Sequence record: SRR31156797_5131
DNA: 38,712 nucleotides
Reading direction: 5' to 3' (one strand)
Within the stretch, counting starts at the first letter, position 1. Each line of letters begins with the position of its first letter. The position numbers and the translations under genes were made by a program. Positions 26,139 through 37,481 of the stretch are shown in pieces. The notes under the pieces were generated by a model that was not told the DNA's origin, searched no databases, and was given only the letters and a program-made list of their open reading frames with translations.

Positions 26139-27632
26139 TTAATAAGCAACCTCTTTGTTTTTTTCAAAGTTGTAAAAGGTTTTTCTCATTAAATCCGCCA
26201 GATTCATTTTGTAGCTAATGTATGCTTCAAGGTGGGAAATGTGTGAATTGTCCAGACGTTCCCGGTCTAGAGCTAATGCCTGAGTATCGATATCGCCATT
26301 AGAAAAACGTGATTGTGATATGGCAAAACTTTTCTCTGCAACCTCAACATTTTTCTCGAGCAATTGCAGTCTGCGTAAACTACTGTGAAGGTTATTTACC
26401 GTGCTAATTATTTCTCTTTCTATGGTAACAGTTTCTTCTTCAATATCAAGTAAATTCTGATTGATTTGAGTTTGAGCTGATTTTACTCTTGCCTTATTTT
26501 CACCCCAATCCAGAATTGGAATACTAACTTTAAAGGCAACACCAAAGTTTCCAGGTCGATCTTTCAGATTACTCCAGGAGTTTTTAATTGCGCGGTTCAA
26601 AGAAGTGTTTCGGTCGGTTCTTTCAATTCCAATTAAATCATAATAGGCATTAATACTACCTGAAATGGCTCCATAGGATTTCACTCTTTTAATATCCAGC
26701 TCAGCCAGTTTCAATTGCAGTTGTTTTTCTTTCAATTCCATTCTGGAATCCAAACCATGTTTAATGGCTTTTTGTACATCAACCTGTATGGGATGGTAAT
26801 TAAAATCACTTTTTAGAACAATGCTATCCTTTAGTGAGATACCAAGGGTTTGCTTGAAAATATTCAATTGTGTTTCATAATTTACCGAAGCCAGATCGTA
26901 GGTGTTTCTTGCTTCTCCTAAATCGACTTCCATTTGCAGGGCTTCTACCTCTCGAATTAAGCCCGCTTTGAATTTATTCTCGGCTATTTGATATGCTTTT
27001 TCCTGGCGCTGAAGCGATTTGTTGGCAATTTTCATTCTTTCCTTCGAGGAGTGCAATCGATAAAAGGTTTCACTAACCTGATAAATGATGTCCAACTCAT
27101 TTCTTTTAAGACGCTTACCCGTTAACTCGTAATTGGTTTTTGCTCTTTCGTAATCGGTTTTAATCTTGTTGTACATGTACAAGGATTGAATGGGCTGTGA
27201 AAATCCCAATCTGGTTGTCATTTGCATTATTTTTTCATCCTGATCGTAATCGTCGGTATTAAAAATACCAGATTGAATAAACAAATTCCCATCGGTTGGT
27301 AAGGGCTGGTTTATGGTAAGATTAGTGGAATAAGACAATTGCTTATCCGAAAAGTAAGTTAAACCAATGGAATCCTGGTAGGATGTAATGCGTTCGGAAT
27401 AGTTGGGCAATTCCATATCCAAAGTTACATGTGTTTTAAAAGAACTGGTTGCCGCTTTAAGATTGTACTCGGCTCCCTTTAAGCTTTCACTAAGCATGCG
27501 AATGCTGTAACTTTGTTTTTTTGCGATTTCAATACTGGCATCCAAATCCAAAGTAAGGATGTTTTTTTTCTGGGCATTTGCACTAAGGCAAAAGCTGAGT
27601 ATGGCAAAAATATATAGGTATTTTAATTTCAT
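26139..27632 (-). CDS. TolC family outer-membrane efflux protein
   Basis: Signal peptide, LTLDLDASIEIA, KF.AGLI..VE.LQ, VSIPILDWG, RF.NG.I. Confidence 0.9.
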   Translation of the reverse strand: MKLKYLYIFAILSFCLSANAQKKNILTLDLDASIEIAKKQSYSIRMLSESLKGAEYNLKAATSSFKTHVTLDMELPNYSERITSYQDSIGLTYFSDKQLSYSTNLTINQPLPTDGNLFIQSGIFNTDDYDQDEKIMQMTTRLGFSQPIQSLYMYNKIKTDYERAKTNYELTGKRLKRNELDIIYQVSETFYRLHSSKERMKIANKSLQRQEKAYQIAENKFKAGLIREVEALQMEVDLGEARNTYDLASVNYETQLNIFKQTLGISLKDSIVLKSDFNYHPIQVDVQKAIKHGLDSRMELKEKQLQLKLAELDIKRVKSYGAISGSINAYYDLIGIERTDRNTSLNRAIKNSWSNLKDRPGNFGVAFKVSIPILDWGENKARVKSAQTQINQNLLDIEEETVTIEREIISTVNNLHSSLRRLQLLEKNVEVAEKSFAISQSRFSNGDIDTQALALDRERLDNSHISHLEAYISYKMNLADLMRKTFYNFEKNKEVAY

Positions 27633-27649
27633 GTTGTTGAGTTTTAAAT

Positions 27650-28363
27650 TCAGGCTTTCTGACCGTTTAGAATTATTTGGGCTTGTTTATTAATTTGATC
27701 CTGCACAATCAGACCATCTTTAATTACAATTCCTCTGTCGGCATATTCTGCGATTTCAGGTTCGTGGGTAATCAATATAATGGTGTTGCCTTCCTGGTGC
27801 AATTCCCTAAAAATGGACATGATTTCAACACCGGTTTTCGAATCCAAATTTCCAGTTGGTTCATCGGCTAGTATTATTCCAGGTTTGGTAACCAGTGCTC
27901 TTGCAATGGCAACTCTTTGTCTCTGCCCTCCAGATAGTTCATTTGGTTTGTGATGAGCTCTTTCTTCCAATCCCATTTTGGCGAGAGCCTCATAGGCTAG
28001 CTTTTTTCGTTCGGCTTTGTCTTTACCAGCATATACCAATGGTAGTTCTACATTCTGTAATGCATTCAACTTGGGCAGAAGATTAAAGGTCTGAAAAATG
28101 AATCCAATTTTACGATTTCGAATCTCCGACAATTCATCATCGTCAAGCGTTGCAACGTTTACAGCATCAAAAATGTAATCACCGGAACTGGGAATGTCAA
28201 GACAGCCCAAAATGTTCATGAGTGTTGATTTTCCCGATCCGGAAGGTCCCATGATAGAAACGAACTCATTTTCTTTAATGTTGAGATTGACTCCCTTTAA
28301 GGCTTCAACCTCAATCTCACCCATTATATATTTCTTTTTAAGATCTTTTATTTCGATAAGCAT
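27650..28363 (-). CDS. ABC transporter ATP-binding protein (MacB/LolD-like)
   Basis: [38 protein letters not shown]. Confidence 0.97.
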   Translation of the reverse strand: MLIEIKDLKKKYIMGEIEVEALKGVNLNIKENEFVSIMGPSGSGKSTLMNILGCLDIPSSGDYIFDAVNVATLDDDELSEIRNRKIGFIFQTFNLLPKLNALQNVELPLVYAGKDKAERKKLAYEALAKMGLEERAHHKPNELSGGQRQRVAIARALVTKPGIILADEPTGNLDSKTGVEIMSIFRELHQEGNTIILITHEPEIAEYADRGIVIKDGLIVQDQINKQAQIILNGQKA

Positions 28364-28374
28364 AGCGATAGGTT

Positions 28375-29613
28375 TTATTCGTAACGAATTGATTCTATTG
28401 GTCTAAGGTTGGCTGCTTTTTTTGCTGGCAAATAACCAAATGTTACCCCAACAATTACAGAAAACAAAAATGCGATTACAACAGAATACAAGGTGACACT
28501 AGTGGTAATTTCCGTAAAGAGCGTAATGCTTAAGGATAAGCTTAAGCCAAAGAGTACGCCAATAATTCCCCCAGTAATACTAATTACCAATGCTTCGGTT
28601 ATAAACTGTGAGAGTATCGCATCTCGTTTGGCACCAATGGCGCGTCGAACACCAATTTCTCTGGTTCGTTCCATTACGGTTGCCAGCATAATGTTCATGA
28701 TTCCAATTCCTCCAACAAGGAGTGATATCGCTGCAATAGAGCCAAGAAGAATGTTGTAAATTCTGCGTTCCTTCTCTTCTTGTTTTAACAATTCAACAGG
28801 TATAACAATGCTAAAATCCTGATTCTCGAAATGGTGACGACTCACAAGATTTTCAATGATCTCCGCAATTTTTGTAATGTTTTTGGAGTCTTTTACCTTA
28901 ACCGTGATTTGCTTTAGTTCACTAGCGAGTTCCTTTTCTTTCTCAAATCGTCCATTAAAGGTCGATAGGGGAATGTAGATGTCAGAATTTAAATCTCTCG
29001 AAGCCAGTTCTCCAACTGTTTCGGTAAAGAGCGATTTGCTTTTTAAGACACCAATTACTTCCAGCCACTGATCATCAATTTTAATGCTTTGTCCTATAGG
29101 ATCGTTCACATAAAAGAATTTTGCAGCAATGTCGGAACCAATAACGCAAACTTTTAATTGTCTGTCGTAATGATCCTGGGTGATAAAGCTTCCCAATTCT
29201 GTAGTATAATTCAGAATTTTTGAAAACTCTGGTGTGATACCTATTAGGTTCGATTTTACCGATTTATCCTGATATTTAACATCTGATGACTTTTCAGCCT
29301 GAGGAGCGATATTCTCCACCTGAGGAACAATGTTTTTTATCGCTTCTACATCCTCCAATGACAATCCTTGCGAAAATTTGGCACGTGCAGTCTCCAGTTC
29401 TTCGTCCGATAAATCCTTGTCGCGAATAATAATATTGTTTACACCTAGCTGTTGAAACTTTTTTATGGCTTCACGTTTTGCACCTTCACCAATGGAAAGC
29501 ATAGCAATAACAGATGCTACACCAAAAATAATTCCCAACATGGTTAAAAATGAACGCACTTTATGATCGATGAGACCATTAAATGCCACTCGTAGATTTT
29601 CTTCAATTTGCAT
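28375..29613 (-). CDS. ABC transporter permease (MacB/FtsX-like)
   Basis: [60 protein letters not shown]. Confidence 0.97.
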   Translation of the reverse strand: MQIEENLRVAFNGLIDHKVRSFLTMLGIIFGVASVIAMLSIGEGAKREAIKKFQQLGVNNIIIRDKDLSDEELETARAKFSQGLSLEDVEAIKNIVPQVENIAPQAEKSSDVKYQDKSVKSNLIGITPEFSKILNYTTELGSFITQDHYDRQLKVCVIGSDIAAKFFYVNDPIGQSIKIDDQWLEVIGVLKSKSLFTETVGELASRDLNSDIYIPLSTFNGRFEKEKELASELKQITVKVKDSKNITKIAEIIENLVSRHHFENQDFSIVIPVELLKQEEKERRIYNILLGSIAAISLLVGGIGIMNIMLATVMERTREIGVRRAIGAKRDAILSQFITEALVISITGGIIGVLFGLSLSLSITLFTEITTSVTLYSVVIAFLFSVIVGVTFGYLPAKKAANLRPIESIRYE

Positions 29614-29627
29614 GATAAGATTTTTGA

Positions 29628-30824
29628 TTAGCTTTCTATTTTCACTTTACTGATAGGAATTAACTTTTGACCCGTTTTTAGATCAGACTTGAGAAGGGTG
29701 AATTTGTTATTGACGGCTTCTACGCTAATGTTATGCTTTTGTAACTTTCCACTTTCTTTCGTAAAAACATAAGAAATCCCCTCTTCTGTTAGTACACAAT
29801 CATTGCTTACAAAATTTGCCTCCTTGTAATTGGCATAGTAGATTTCAGAACTAACCGTCATACCTGGTTTTAGTCTTGGATCCGATTCTTCAATTAATAT
29901 TTCACAATCAAAAGCTTTTATTCTGCTATCTTTTTCTTTTGGCTTACTAAGTTTTCCCAGGGAATTAACCGATCCATGAAAAGCTACTGATGGTAAAGCA
30001 TCCAAGCGAACAAGGACTTTCTGTCCCAATTTGATTTTTTTGTAATCCAATTCATTAATCTTGGTGCGAACCTTCATTTTCCTTAAGTCAGGAACCAAAG
30101 CGAATGCCTGTCCTAAAAATAGTTCATCACCAATTTTATATTTCAATTTGGTTCTTCTGTTCGGTTTTATTTGAACAATGCCATCGCTCGGACTCTTTAC
30201 ATTTAGTTTGTCGATTGCGGAATACGCATTGTCAATATTATCTTTTATCTGCTTCACTTTCAGTTTCTGAATAATGAGCTCATTTTTTCGGATAATTTCC
30301 TGAAGAGAGATTCTTTCTTTAGCCTTTGCCAGTTGAATCTCAACTTGCTCAAATTCCATCTTCTTTATTTTGTATTTCTGCTTCGATTCAAACTTGAATT
30401 TTTCCAGTTCAAGTTTTTTCAGATCGTAATTGGCTTTCTCTTCTTCCAAAGCTGTTTCCAGTTTATGAATCTCGATTTTATTGCTAACAATGGTTTTATT
30501 TAAATTGGCTTGCTCCAATTCCAGTTGGGTTTGTAGTTCGATGATCGCTTTTTTAACTGAGGATTGATCGAATTTGGCGATAATGTCACCCGTTTTAATT
30601 TCCTGACCATTTTCTGCCAAATCAATAATTTTAAATTCCCAACCATAGGAATAACCAATAGATGGCAAAGTAATTCCCTTGGAATAAACAGCTTGTAATT
30701 CACCCGATTCGTTTATAGAAGCTTTGTATTCTCCTTTTTGTATGCTGTGAAGGTTCTTTTTATCGATACTATTACAGGAACAAAAAAGAAGACTTATAAA
30801 AATGTATTTTACAATTGATTTCAT
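29628..30824 (-). CDS. Efflux periplasmic adaptor subunit (HlyD/MacA-like), copy 3
   Basis: Lipobox-like FCSC, GEL.A, ENG..IK.GD, coiled coil, SPSDG, LKPGMTV. Confidence 0.9.
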   Translation of the reverse strand: MKSIVKYIFISLLFCSCNSIDKKNLHSIQKGEYKASINESGELQAVYSKGITLPSIGYSYGWEFKIIDLAENGQEIKTGDIIAKFDQSSVKKAIIELQTQLELEQANLNKTIVSNKIEIHKLETALEEEKANYDLKKLELEKFKFESKQKYKIKKMEFEQVEIQLAKAKERISLQEIIRKNELIIQKLKVKQIKDNIDNAYSAIDKLNVKSPSDGIVQIKPNRRTKLKYKIGDELFLGQAFALVPDLRKMKVRTKINELDYKKIKLGQKVLVRLDALPSVAFHGSVNSLGKLSKPKEKDSRIKAFDCEILIEESDPRLKPGMTVSSEIYYANYKEANFVSNDCVLTEEGISYVFTKESGKLQKHNISVEAVNNKFTLLKSDLKTGQKLIPISKVKIES

Positions 30825-30834
30825 AATTACTGTT

Positions 30835-32046
30835 TTAGGATTCTTTTACTACTTCCTCTTCAAGTTTAAAAGGATCGGTTAAAGCAATTTTGTCATCTTC
30901 AGCTAAGCCTTTTTCAATAATGATAAAATCGTTGTTTGAAGCTCCTATTTCTACATTTTTCTTTACAAATGAATTCCTTTTTTTCAGGTAAACCCAATGC
31001 TCATTTTCCTTTGAAAAAAGTGCGTCGGATGGAATAATGAGTTTGTCGCTAACTTTATCGATAAGGATGTCGCAACTCACGGTCATACCAGGCAAAAGCT
31101 TATCCGAAGAGCCTTCAATTAATGCTTCTACCGGAAAGACTTTTATTTTAGTCTTATTGTTTTTGTTTTCCGCCAAATTTGCAATTTTCGAAATCTGAGC
31201 CTTAAAATTAAGATCCGAATAGGCATCAAGCTTAACTTCAACATCTTGTTTGGGAAGTATTTTCGAAATGTCAATTTCATTGATTTGAACCATTGCCATG
31301 ATCTCACTCAAATCGGGTAAGGTAATCATAGGGTTGCCTGGCCAGGTTTGATCACCAGTTTGCCATTTGTTTCCCGTTCTCCAGTTCTTGGTGAGTATGG
31401 CCAAGCCATTCGAAGGACTAATTACCGTTAGGCTTGCTAGAGCTTCATCTCCCTGTTCCAGTTTTGTTTTTAGCTGTTCTATTTTTAGAATGGATTGTTG
31501 AAGTTCTTCCTTTTGAATTTTTTTTGTGTTTTCAATTTCATCCTGAGCCTTGGATAAGGATATTTTTGCCTTTTTAAGCTTCAATTCAATTTCCTTTTTG
31601 GTTACCTCTGCTTCAAACTCAGCCAGTTCAAAATTTATTTCCGAGATTTTATGCGATAGGGTAGTTACCTTTAAATTCGACTCCAATTCATCTAATTTTG
31701 AGGCATTCTGTGCCTTTAGTTTCTCAAGTTCGGCTTTGGCAATTTCCATTTCATTTTTCGATTGCTCAATTACTTTACCTACTTCCGAAGGATCGAAAAC
31801 AATAACGGTATCGCCTTTGTTTACTTCGGCACCATCTTCAATCAATTTAATGATTTTAAGGTTCCCATATCTCCATGAAATGTTAGGGGAGGAAATGTTT
31901 ACTGAATTGGTTGCCTTTAATTCACCCTCTTCGGAGAGTACAATTTTCAGATCACCTTTCTTTACTTTGTACAATCCAATATCTGAATTGGTTTGATTGC
32001 CACAAGCAGCAAGCACTAAAAGCAAGGGAATTAGGAATTTGTTCAT
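30835..32046 (-). CDS. Efflux periplasmic adaptor subunit (HlyD/MacA-like), copy 2
   Basis: Lipobox LAAC, GELKA, EDG..V.KGD, coiled coil, SPSNG, LLPGMTV. Confidence 0.9.
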   Translation of the reverse strand: MNKFLIPLLLVLAACGNQTNSDIGLYKVKKGDLKIVLSEEGELKATNSVNISSPNISWRYGNLKIIKLIEDGAEVNKGDTVIVFDPSEVGKVIEQSKNEMEIAKAELEKLKAQNASKLDELESNLKVTTLSHKISEINFELAEFEAEVTKKEIELKLKKAKISLSKAQDEIENTKKIQKEELQQSILKIEQLKTKLEQGDEALASLTVISPSNGLAILTKNWRTGNKWQTGDQTWPGNPMITLPDLSEIMAMVQINEIDISKILPKQDVEVKLDAYSDLNFKAQISKIANLAENKNNKTKIKVFPVEALIEGSSDKLLPGMTVSCDILIDKVSDKLIIPSDALFSKENEHWVYLKKRNSFVKKNVEIGASNNDFIIIEKGLAEDDKIALTDPFKLEEEVVKES

Positions 32047-32082
32047 GTGATTTAAATTTGAACTGTTTGGGTTTGTTTCGTC

Positions 32083-33309
32083 TTATAAATTCTGAGTTTT
32101 TTTTATCAAACTCTTTTCCGGTTCTATTATCGAAATAATATCACCTTCATCAACACCCTTTTCGATAACCATAGAACTGGAGTTTTTGTACAAGGCTTTT
32201 ACCTCTTGTTTAATAAACTCTCCATCTAATTTTTTGTATACATACAGGCAAGTGTCCTCTTTTTGAATAGCTACCAATGGTAAACGAATTGTACTATCCA
32301 ATTTTTGAGTTTCTACCTTGCAGATAACAGTCATACCCGGTTTAGGCTCAAAATTTAGACTGTCTACACTTGCACTCACATCAAAAAACTTGACTTTGGA
32401 ATCTTTCGAAATGGGTTTTCCAACAGGCGACTTCTGTTTTACAAATCCGGTAAGGAACGAATTGGGTACAGAGCTAATGGTCGCCTGGTAATTATTGTCT
32501 TTATTTATTGTTTTGTATATTCCTTCTGGTAGGTTGAATTTAATCTGATATTCACTTGTATTGGAAATAGTTACCACTGGCATTCTTCTCCAAACCGCAT
32601 CTCCTTCGACCAAAACCGGACCGCGACCCCATTTCTTCGACCGCAATGCTATTCCATCGGTACTGGCTTTTAAATTCAACTGATCTAACAAACTTTTACT
32701 GCTTTTTAATTTATTTTCGGCTTGTTTGATCTTTAGATTTTGCTTGTTGATTTCAGATTGGTTAATCTTTATCAAGCTTTTAATTTTGCGCTCAATCTGC
32801 TGCAGTTCTATTTCTGCCATCTGTAAATTTAGACTCAAAAGCTCCTTTTTTGTTTCACTGATAAATTGCTTTTGGATGGTATCCAATTGCTGTATTGCCA
32901 CTGAAGCCTCAATGGTCTCCTGTTGTGCATAAAGCAGTTGCAATTGTAGTTGATGGTTGGCTTTTACTTTTTCAAGCTCTGCTTTTTCTATGGCAAGTTC
33001 TTTGGATTTATTGCTGTACTGATCTTCAAGATTTGAGCATTGCAATTTACAAACTACATCGCCTGCTTTCACTTTTGATCCATTAGGTATTAGGTAGGAT
33101 ATAGTGGCGTCACCACTAATGTTGGGACAGGATATGGTTGTGGTTTTAATAGGTTCCAATTCTCCGGTAATCACAACATGATCCAAAAAGGATGATCTGG
33201 ATACTTTAAAGGTGAATTCTTTCTCAGAATCGGAGTTGGAGCATGAAAAACAGCCTAAAATGAATATGAATAGCGAACTTTTAAGTAGAATAGAATAAAA
33301 TTTAATCAT
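32083..33309 (-). CDS. Efflux periplasmic adaptor subunit (HlyD/MacA-like), copy 1
   Basis: Lipobox-like CFSC, GELEP, PNGSKVKAGD, coiled coil, ASTDG, KPGMTV. Confidence 0.9.
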   Translation of the reverse strand: MIKFYSILLKSSLFIFILGCFSCSNSDSEKEFTFKVSRSSFLDHVVITGELEPIKTTTISCPNISGDATISYLIPNGSKVKAGDVVCKLQCSNLEDQYSNKSKELAIEKAELEKVKANHQLQLQLLYAQQETIEASVAIQQLDTIQKQFISETKKELLSLNLQMAEIELQQIERKIKSLIKINQSEINKQNLKIKQAENKLKSSKSLLDQLNLKASTDGIALRSKKWGRGPVLVEGDAVWRRMPVVTISNTSEYQIKFNLPEGIYKTINKDNNYQATISSVPNSFLTGFVKQKSPVGKPISKDSKVKFFDVSASVDSLNFEPKPGMTVICKVETQKLDSTIRLPLVAIQKEDTCLYVYKKLDGEFIKQEVKALYKNSSSMVIEKGVDEGDIISIIEPEKSLIKKTQNL

Positions 33310-33944
33310 GTACTGGTATTATTATCATCTGCACAAATCTTTCTCCCTCAAATTAACATTATAGTTGACGGATATAAATATAACTATAAATTTAGTACAA
33401 AACTTAAGTAAAGTTTACTCATTTCTGATTTGAGCCAATGTTTTAACAAAATTTAACAAGCTAAGATCTCATGTTTTTTAGGATTTGTGAAAGGAAATGG
33501 TGCTTGTTTCAAATGGGTTATCTGTAGTGAATGCCTGCCTCGGATTGTTTAGTGTATTGATATGTAGTGATTTGTGGATTTTTATTGGAGAGGGTGAAGG
33601 AGATAGGTGCTTTGTAGTTTCCATTTAAATTAGAAGAATTTAGATCCTTGGTTTTGTAAATTCAGATGGAATAAAAGGGGTAAGATCGTTGAGCACATAT
33701 TGGTAATATGTAATTCATGTAATATATCATCATAAGTTTAATTTGAAACTACATTGTAACTTACAATGTATTGGGTTTTGTTTATAAGATAGGTAGGAGT
33801 TATGGGTGGATATCTATTGAGGAAATACAGAAGGTAACCTATTTTGGATTTAATCTAAGAAAAAATGACTCCTGCTTAACCTAAGACTTTGTATGGAGAG
33901 ATAAAAAGCTGTAACTTAAGTCTTATTCACTAACACTATCTGAA

Positions 33945-34727
33945 ATGAGAAAAATATTACTTTTTGTGGCGCTGGTCTTGTTTTGTGGTACAAGCATGGC
34001 ACAGCAGGAAACATTTCTGGTTTTTGAGTTTATGAAAGTTACAGATAACCAGGAGATGGATTATTGGGAAACCGAAACGTTCTGGGAGAAAATACATGCC
34101 GAGCGTTTGAAGAGTGGAGAAATTAAAGGTTGGGATCTTTGGTCCCTTAAACCTGGAGGTACAGAGCAAGGCTTTCAGTATTTGGCTGTTACTTTGTATG
34201 ATGATCCGGTAAAAGCGTTGGCTGATGGAGATATTTGGGGTGCAGCTAAAAATGCATATCCTGAACTGACGGATGAGGAGTTGCGTGAGGCTCTAAAGGA
34301 AGGGACAGCTTCGCGGGAACTAAGTAAAAGAATGTTTTTGACGGTTATTAAATCAACTACCGATAATTATAAAATGGAAGTGGGTTCGGTAATGAGAATG
34401 AATTTTATGGAAGCTTTGGATGGTAAGTATGATGAATACGAAAAAGCGGAAATGGAATTGTTTTTACCGATTCATCAGGATAGGGTAGATGCTGGAACGA
34501 TGAGTCATTGGGCACTGGCTAAGGTATTAATGCCATCGGGAAGTAAGGTGAGAACGACTCACATGACATTTGACTGGTTCAAAGGGTATTTGCATTATTT
34601 TGATGCCTATGGCAGAAATGAAGTGTTCAATGTTGATGCGGAAACTCAAATGAAAATTGATGAGGCGATAAAAATGCGGGATTTGAATTGGACTTATCTG
34701 GCAACCATGAAGAAAACAGTGAAATAA
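33945..34727 (+). CDS. Exported hypothetical protein made of two related domains
   Basis: Signal peptide ending SMAQ; internal repeat FMK....E.DY...E..W..IH..R...G....W.L vs FME.......Y...E...F.PIH..R...G....W.L. Confidence 0.8.
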   Translation: MRKILLFVALVLFCGTSMAQQETFLVFEFMKVTDNQEMDYWETETFWEKIHAERLKSGEIKGWDLWSLKPGGTEQGFQYLAVTLYDDPVKALADGDIWGAAKNAYPELTDEELREALKEGTASRELSKRMFLTVIKSTTDNYKMEVGSVMRMNFMEALDGKYDEYEKAEMELFLPIHQDRVDAGTMSHWALAKVLMPSGSKVRTTHMTFDWFKGYLHYFDAYGRNEVFNVDAETQMKIDEAIKMRDLNWTYLATMKKTVK

Positions 34728-34747
34728 CCACACAAATATTGAATTGT

Positions 34748-34783
34748 AAAAAGAGGATTTTCAATCTTGAAAATCCTCTTTTT
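34748..34783. terminator. Bidirectional Rho-independent terminator
   Basis: AAAAAGAGGATTTTCAA-tc-TTGAAAATCCTCTTTTT between convergent genes. Confidence 0.88.
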
Positions 34784-34820
34784 GTATAATTCTTAAACAG
34801 CTTAAAGCAGTAATTGTGCC

Positions 34821-35399
34821 TTAAGGAACCGTGTTCATGATCACATACCAATCCCATTCATTCGGATCGCCAACACCTACACTTGGTGTGTAACGAAAAA
34901 TGCCAATCTTTTTACCACTTTTAAGATATCTGTTTACAATCGATAAATTGTTGATGGAATTCCAAATCGACTCCAAAGGATAATCGACTCCTTCCTCGGC
35001 GAAGATGATTTGAAATTTGTCATCAACTGGCGTATCTATTCGGGTATCCAACTCAAGAAATTTACCAGGAGCATAAATGTATTCAGGAAACTTACGCTTC
35101 CCTTTTCCTGCCCACACAATCGACCCATCAAATAGCAACTCTTCCTTTGGTTCATAGTACAAACTAATGTTACCAAAATCTCCTGGTGGATCGTAATCCA
35201 CGCGAATTGGAATTTCTTCCGATTCGTTAAATTCCGAGTGAAGGAACAATTCTATACCACCCTCAAAAACATAATCGGTGTAATTTACCTGAAGTAAAAT
35301 TACACTATTATGGTGTGTGTGATATAAATAATCATCGTCATTATCATCCAAACAAGAGGAGAGCAATCCAACCAATAAAATAAACATCCACTTCTTCAT
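34821..35399 (-). CDS. Hypothetical lipoprotein
   Basis: MKK..hydrophobic..LLSSC followed by an acidic stretch; C-terminal YTPSVGVGDP.EWDW. Confidence 0.8.
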   Translation of the reverse strand: MKKWMFILLVGLLSSCLDDNDDDYLYHTHHNSVILLQVNYTDYVFEGGIELFLHSEFNESEEIPIRVDYDPPGDFGNISLYYEPKEELLFDGSIVWAGKGKRKFPEYIYAPGKFLELDTRIDTPVDDKFQIIFAEEGVDYPLESIWNSINNLSIVNRYLKSGKKIGIFRYTPSVGVGDPNEWDWYVIMNTVP

Positions 35400-35739
35400 C
35401 GCTTCTAAATTTTAGATTTACCGATCTAAAAACCACAAAAGTAATACCAGATTCACAATTGATTTTTGAGTTTTTGGATCCATTCTTTTATTAGCAGATG
35501 ATGAAAAGGAGATTTGGTTGCTTTCAAGGACTTGAATATTATTCGAACACTGAATTGATATTTTATTTACGAATCAAGAAGAGGAATTACAACATTTTGA
35601 TAATCATATCTCAATATTTACAGAGACTATTTCTTTTCAACTGGAATGATATTAAAAAGGATTTGTAAAACAATAATAATATTAATTCTCTGTTAATTAT
35701 CTTTGAAAAAGGGTATGGACTCCTTAAGCTGATTTTACT

Positions 35740-36594
35740 ATGATAGAAATGCAATCTAGAAAACTATTAATATTTATTTTCCTTATTATATCCACAACGC
35801 TTTGTGCTCAGAAGGAACATGGGATATGGGAGGTTAAAGGAGGAAGACTGATTGGGAACGACTCAGCAAACTTTTCAATGGCTGAAGATTATTGGCAGAC
35901 GATACATCACATTTTACCTTCCGATTTAATCGACAAGTATATTGTTTCGCTAAGGCTATTTACAGATGGTATTGATAAGGATATGGGTGGACTAAATCAG
36001 ATGGATAAGACCGTTGAGTATTGGCAATTCGACCTGGATACAGAAGATATGGATCTATTGACAAGTGATTCAATAAAAATACTCAATTACACTCATACCT
36101 TGATACATGAGTTTGGTCATTTACTGACTTTAAATTCGACCCAAATTGAACTTACTGATGATAACTATCAATCCGAAGGAAAAGGATATTTAACAGAGGA
36201 AGGATATGCACGCAAAAGCAGTTATCTGAATTTGTTTGTAAAACAATTTTGGAAGCCAGCTATATTAAAAGAATGGGATAGAATAAACAGGAAGAAAAAT
36301 GAATCAAAGAGAATTGATTTCTTGTATGATTTTTACTTGTTACGTCCTAATGAATTTGTAACAGATTATGCAGCTGAAAGTCCTGAAGAGGATATTGCGG
36401 AATCCTGGACATTTTTTGTTTTAACAGATAAACCTCTACCCACTTCAATAAAATATCAAAAGCTTGAGTTTTTCTATCAGTTTCCAGAATTAATTGCTTA
36501 TCGGGAATTGATCAGAAAAAGGGTGAAATTTATTCCGAATTTGTACCTGGAGAACTATAGGAATAATGATACAAGTGACAAGCAGAAAAATTAA
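35740..36594 (+). CDS. Putative exported zinc metallopeptidase
   Basis: Signal peptide; TLIHEFGHLLT (HExxH), FVTDYAAESPEEDIAESW. Confidence 0.8.
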   Translation: MIEMQSRKLLIFIFLIISTTLCAQKEHGIWEVKGGRLIGNDSANFSMAEDYWQTIHHILPSDLIDKYIVSLRLFTDGIDKDMGGLNQMDKTVEYWQFDLDTEDMDLLTSDSIKILNYTHTLIHEFGHLLTLNSTQIELTDDNYQSEGKGYLTEEGYARKSSYLNLFVKQFWKPAILKEWDRINRKKNESKRIDFLYDFYLLRPNEFVTDYAAESPEEDIAESWTFFVLTDKPLPTSIKYQKLEFFYQFPELIAYRELIRKRVKFIPNLYLENYRNNDTSDKQKN

Positions 36595-37164
36595 GCCTAT
36601 TTTTTTACCTGTGGATCCGATTTTGTCGCTAATATCAGTATCAGAATTCATTGGGTTTTGAGCATAGGATGAAAAAAGAACTTCTCGAATCCTACTTTGT
36701 CCTGTAGGATTGTTCATGCTGGTTTGTATGTAATGTATTGGCGAATTTTAGCGATAATCACCAAATTGAATGTAAGAAGACCTCACCTAAAAGGGTAGCA
36801 CAACATGCAAATACATACTTATTTAAAACGCTAGTTTAGATCTATCAAATAAATTGGCATGATGAAAATAAGAGGTTTACAAAAAAAAATATTTTTATCT
36901 AAATAGTCGGAGGGAATTGAAAACACAAGCACTCTAACTTGTTACGAACATTCGTTTTTACCTGACAAACAAACCTAATTTTCACATTAATCAACTTTTC
37001 TTTTGGTAATTAAAGAAATTTTTCTTTAACTTTATTTAAACAATTCAACCAATTGATTACTTGAGTAACAGATCAGAAGTAGAATCTTAATCTACTTAAT
37101 TCACTACATACTTTTAAGATCATCAGATCGAAGTATGATACATTTGCTGATTCACTCCCACGAT

Positions 37165-37180
37165 TCCGATACGTATCGGA
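37165..37180. repeat. Perfect 16-bp palindrome
   Basis: TCCGATACGTATCGGA. Confidence 0.75.
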
Positions 37181-37240
37181 GCTTCGCAGTTAGCAATATT
37201 CCAAATCAAATTTAGATCATCTGCAGAAATGCTAAGCCTT

Positions 37241-37481
37241 TAAATTCTTAAAAATTGGAAATTCATCTCTTTCAAAGCGAAGTAAATACTTCCCGAGAGT
37301 AGGAATATCAAAGAATAATGTAGATAAATCCGTTCAGAATAGAAGTAAATCGTTTCCCGGACTTGGAAAATCAAAGAATAATGAAGGTAAATCAATTCAG
37401 AATGCAAATAAATCGTTTCAGAATGGAAATAAATCGCTTCAGAATACAAATAAATCCTTTCCGACACCTGGTAAATTTTAA
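37241..37481. repeat. Degenerate tandem repeat array, 21-bp period with a 63-bp higher-order duplication
   Basis: TAAAT starts at 37241, 37283, 37325, 37346, 37388, 37409, 37430, 37451 and 37472 (all spaced by multiples of 21). Best units read TCAGAATnnAAATAAATCnnT. Confidence 0.85.

Noticed and set aside
33310-33944. Hidden gene or ncRNA in the long divergent intergenic region
   Set aside because: No ORF or convincing stem structure seen; it looks like promoter-containing spacer.
35409-35431. Palindrome TTTTAGAT-N6-ATCTAAAA resembling the gpx operator
   Set aside because: It shares ACCGATCTAAAA with 25071-25082 but lacks the ATCG-N4-CGAT core; such AT-rich matches arise by chance.
36490-36717. 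75-aa minus-strand ORF
   Set aside because: It overlaps the 3' end of the peptidase gene by about 100 bp and has no family features; not supportable.
37241-37481. CRISPR array
   Set aside because: Units are contiguous and degenerate with no unique spacers; no cas genes.
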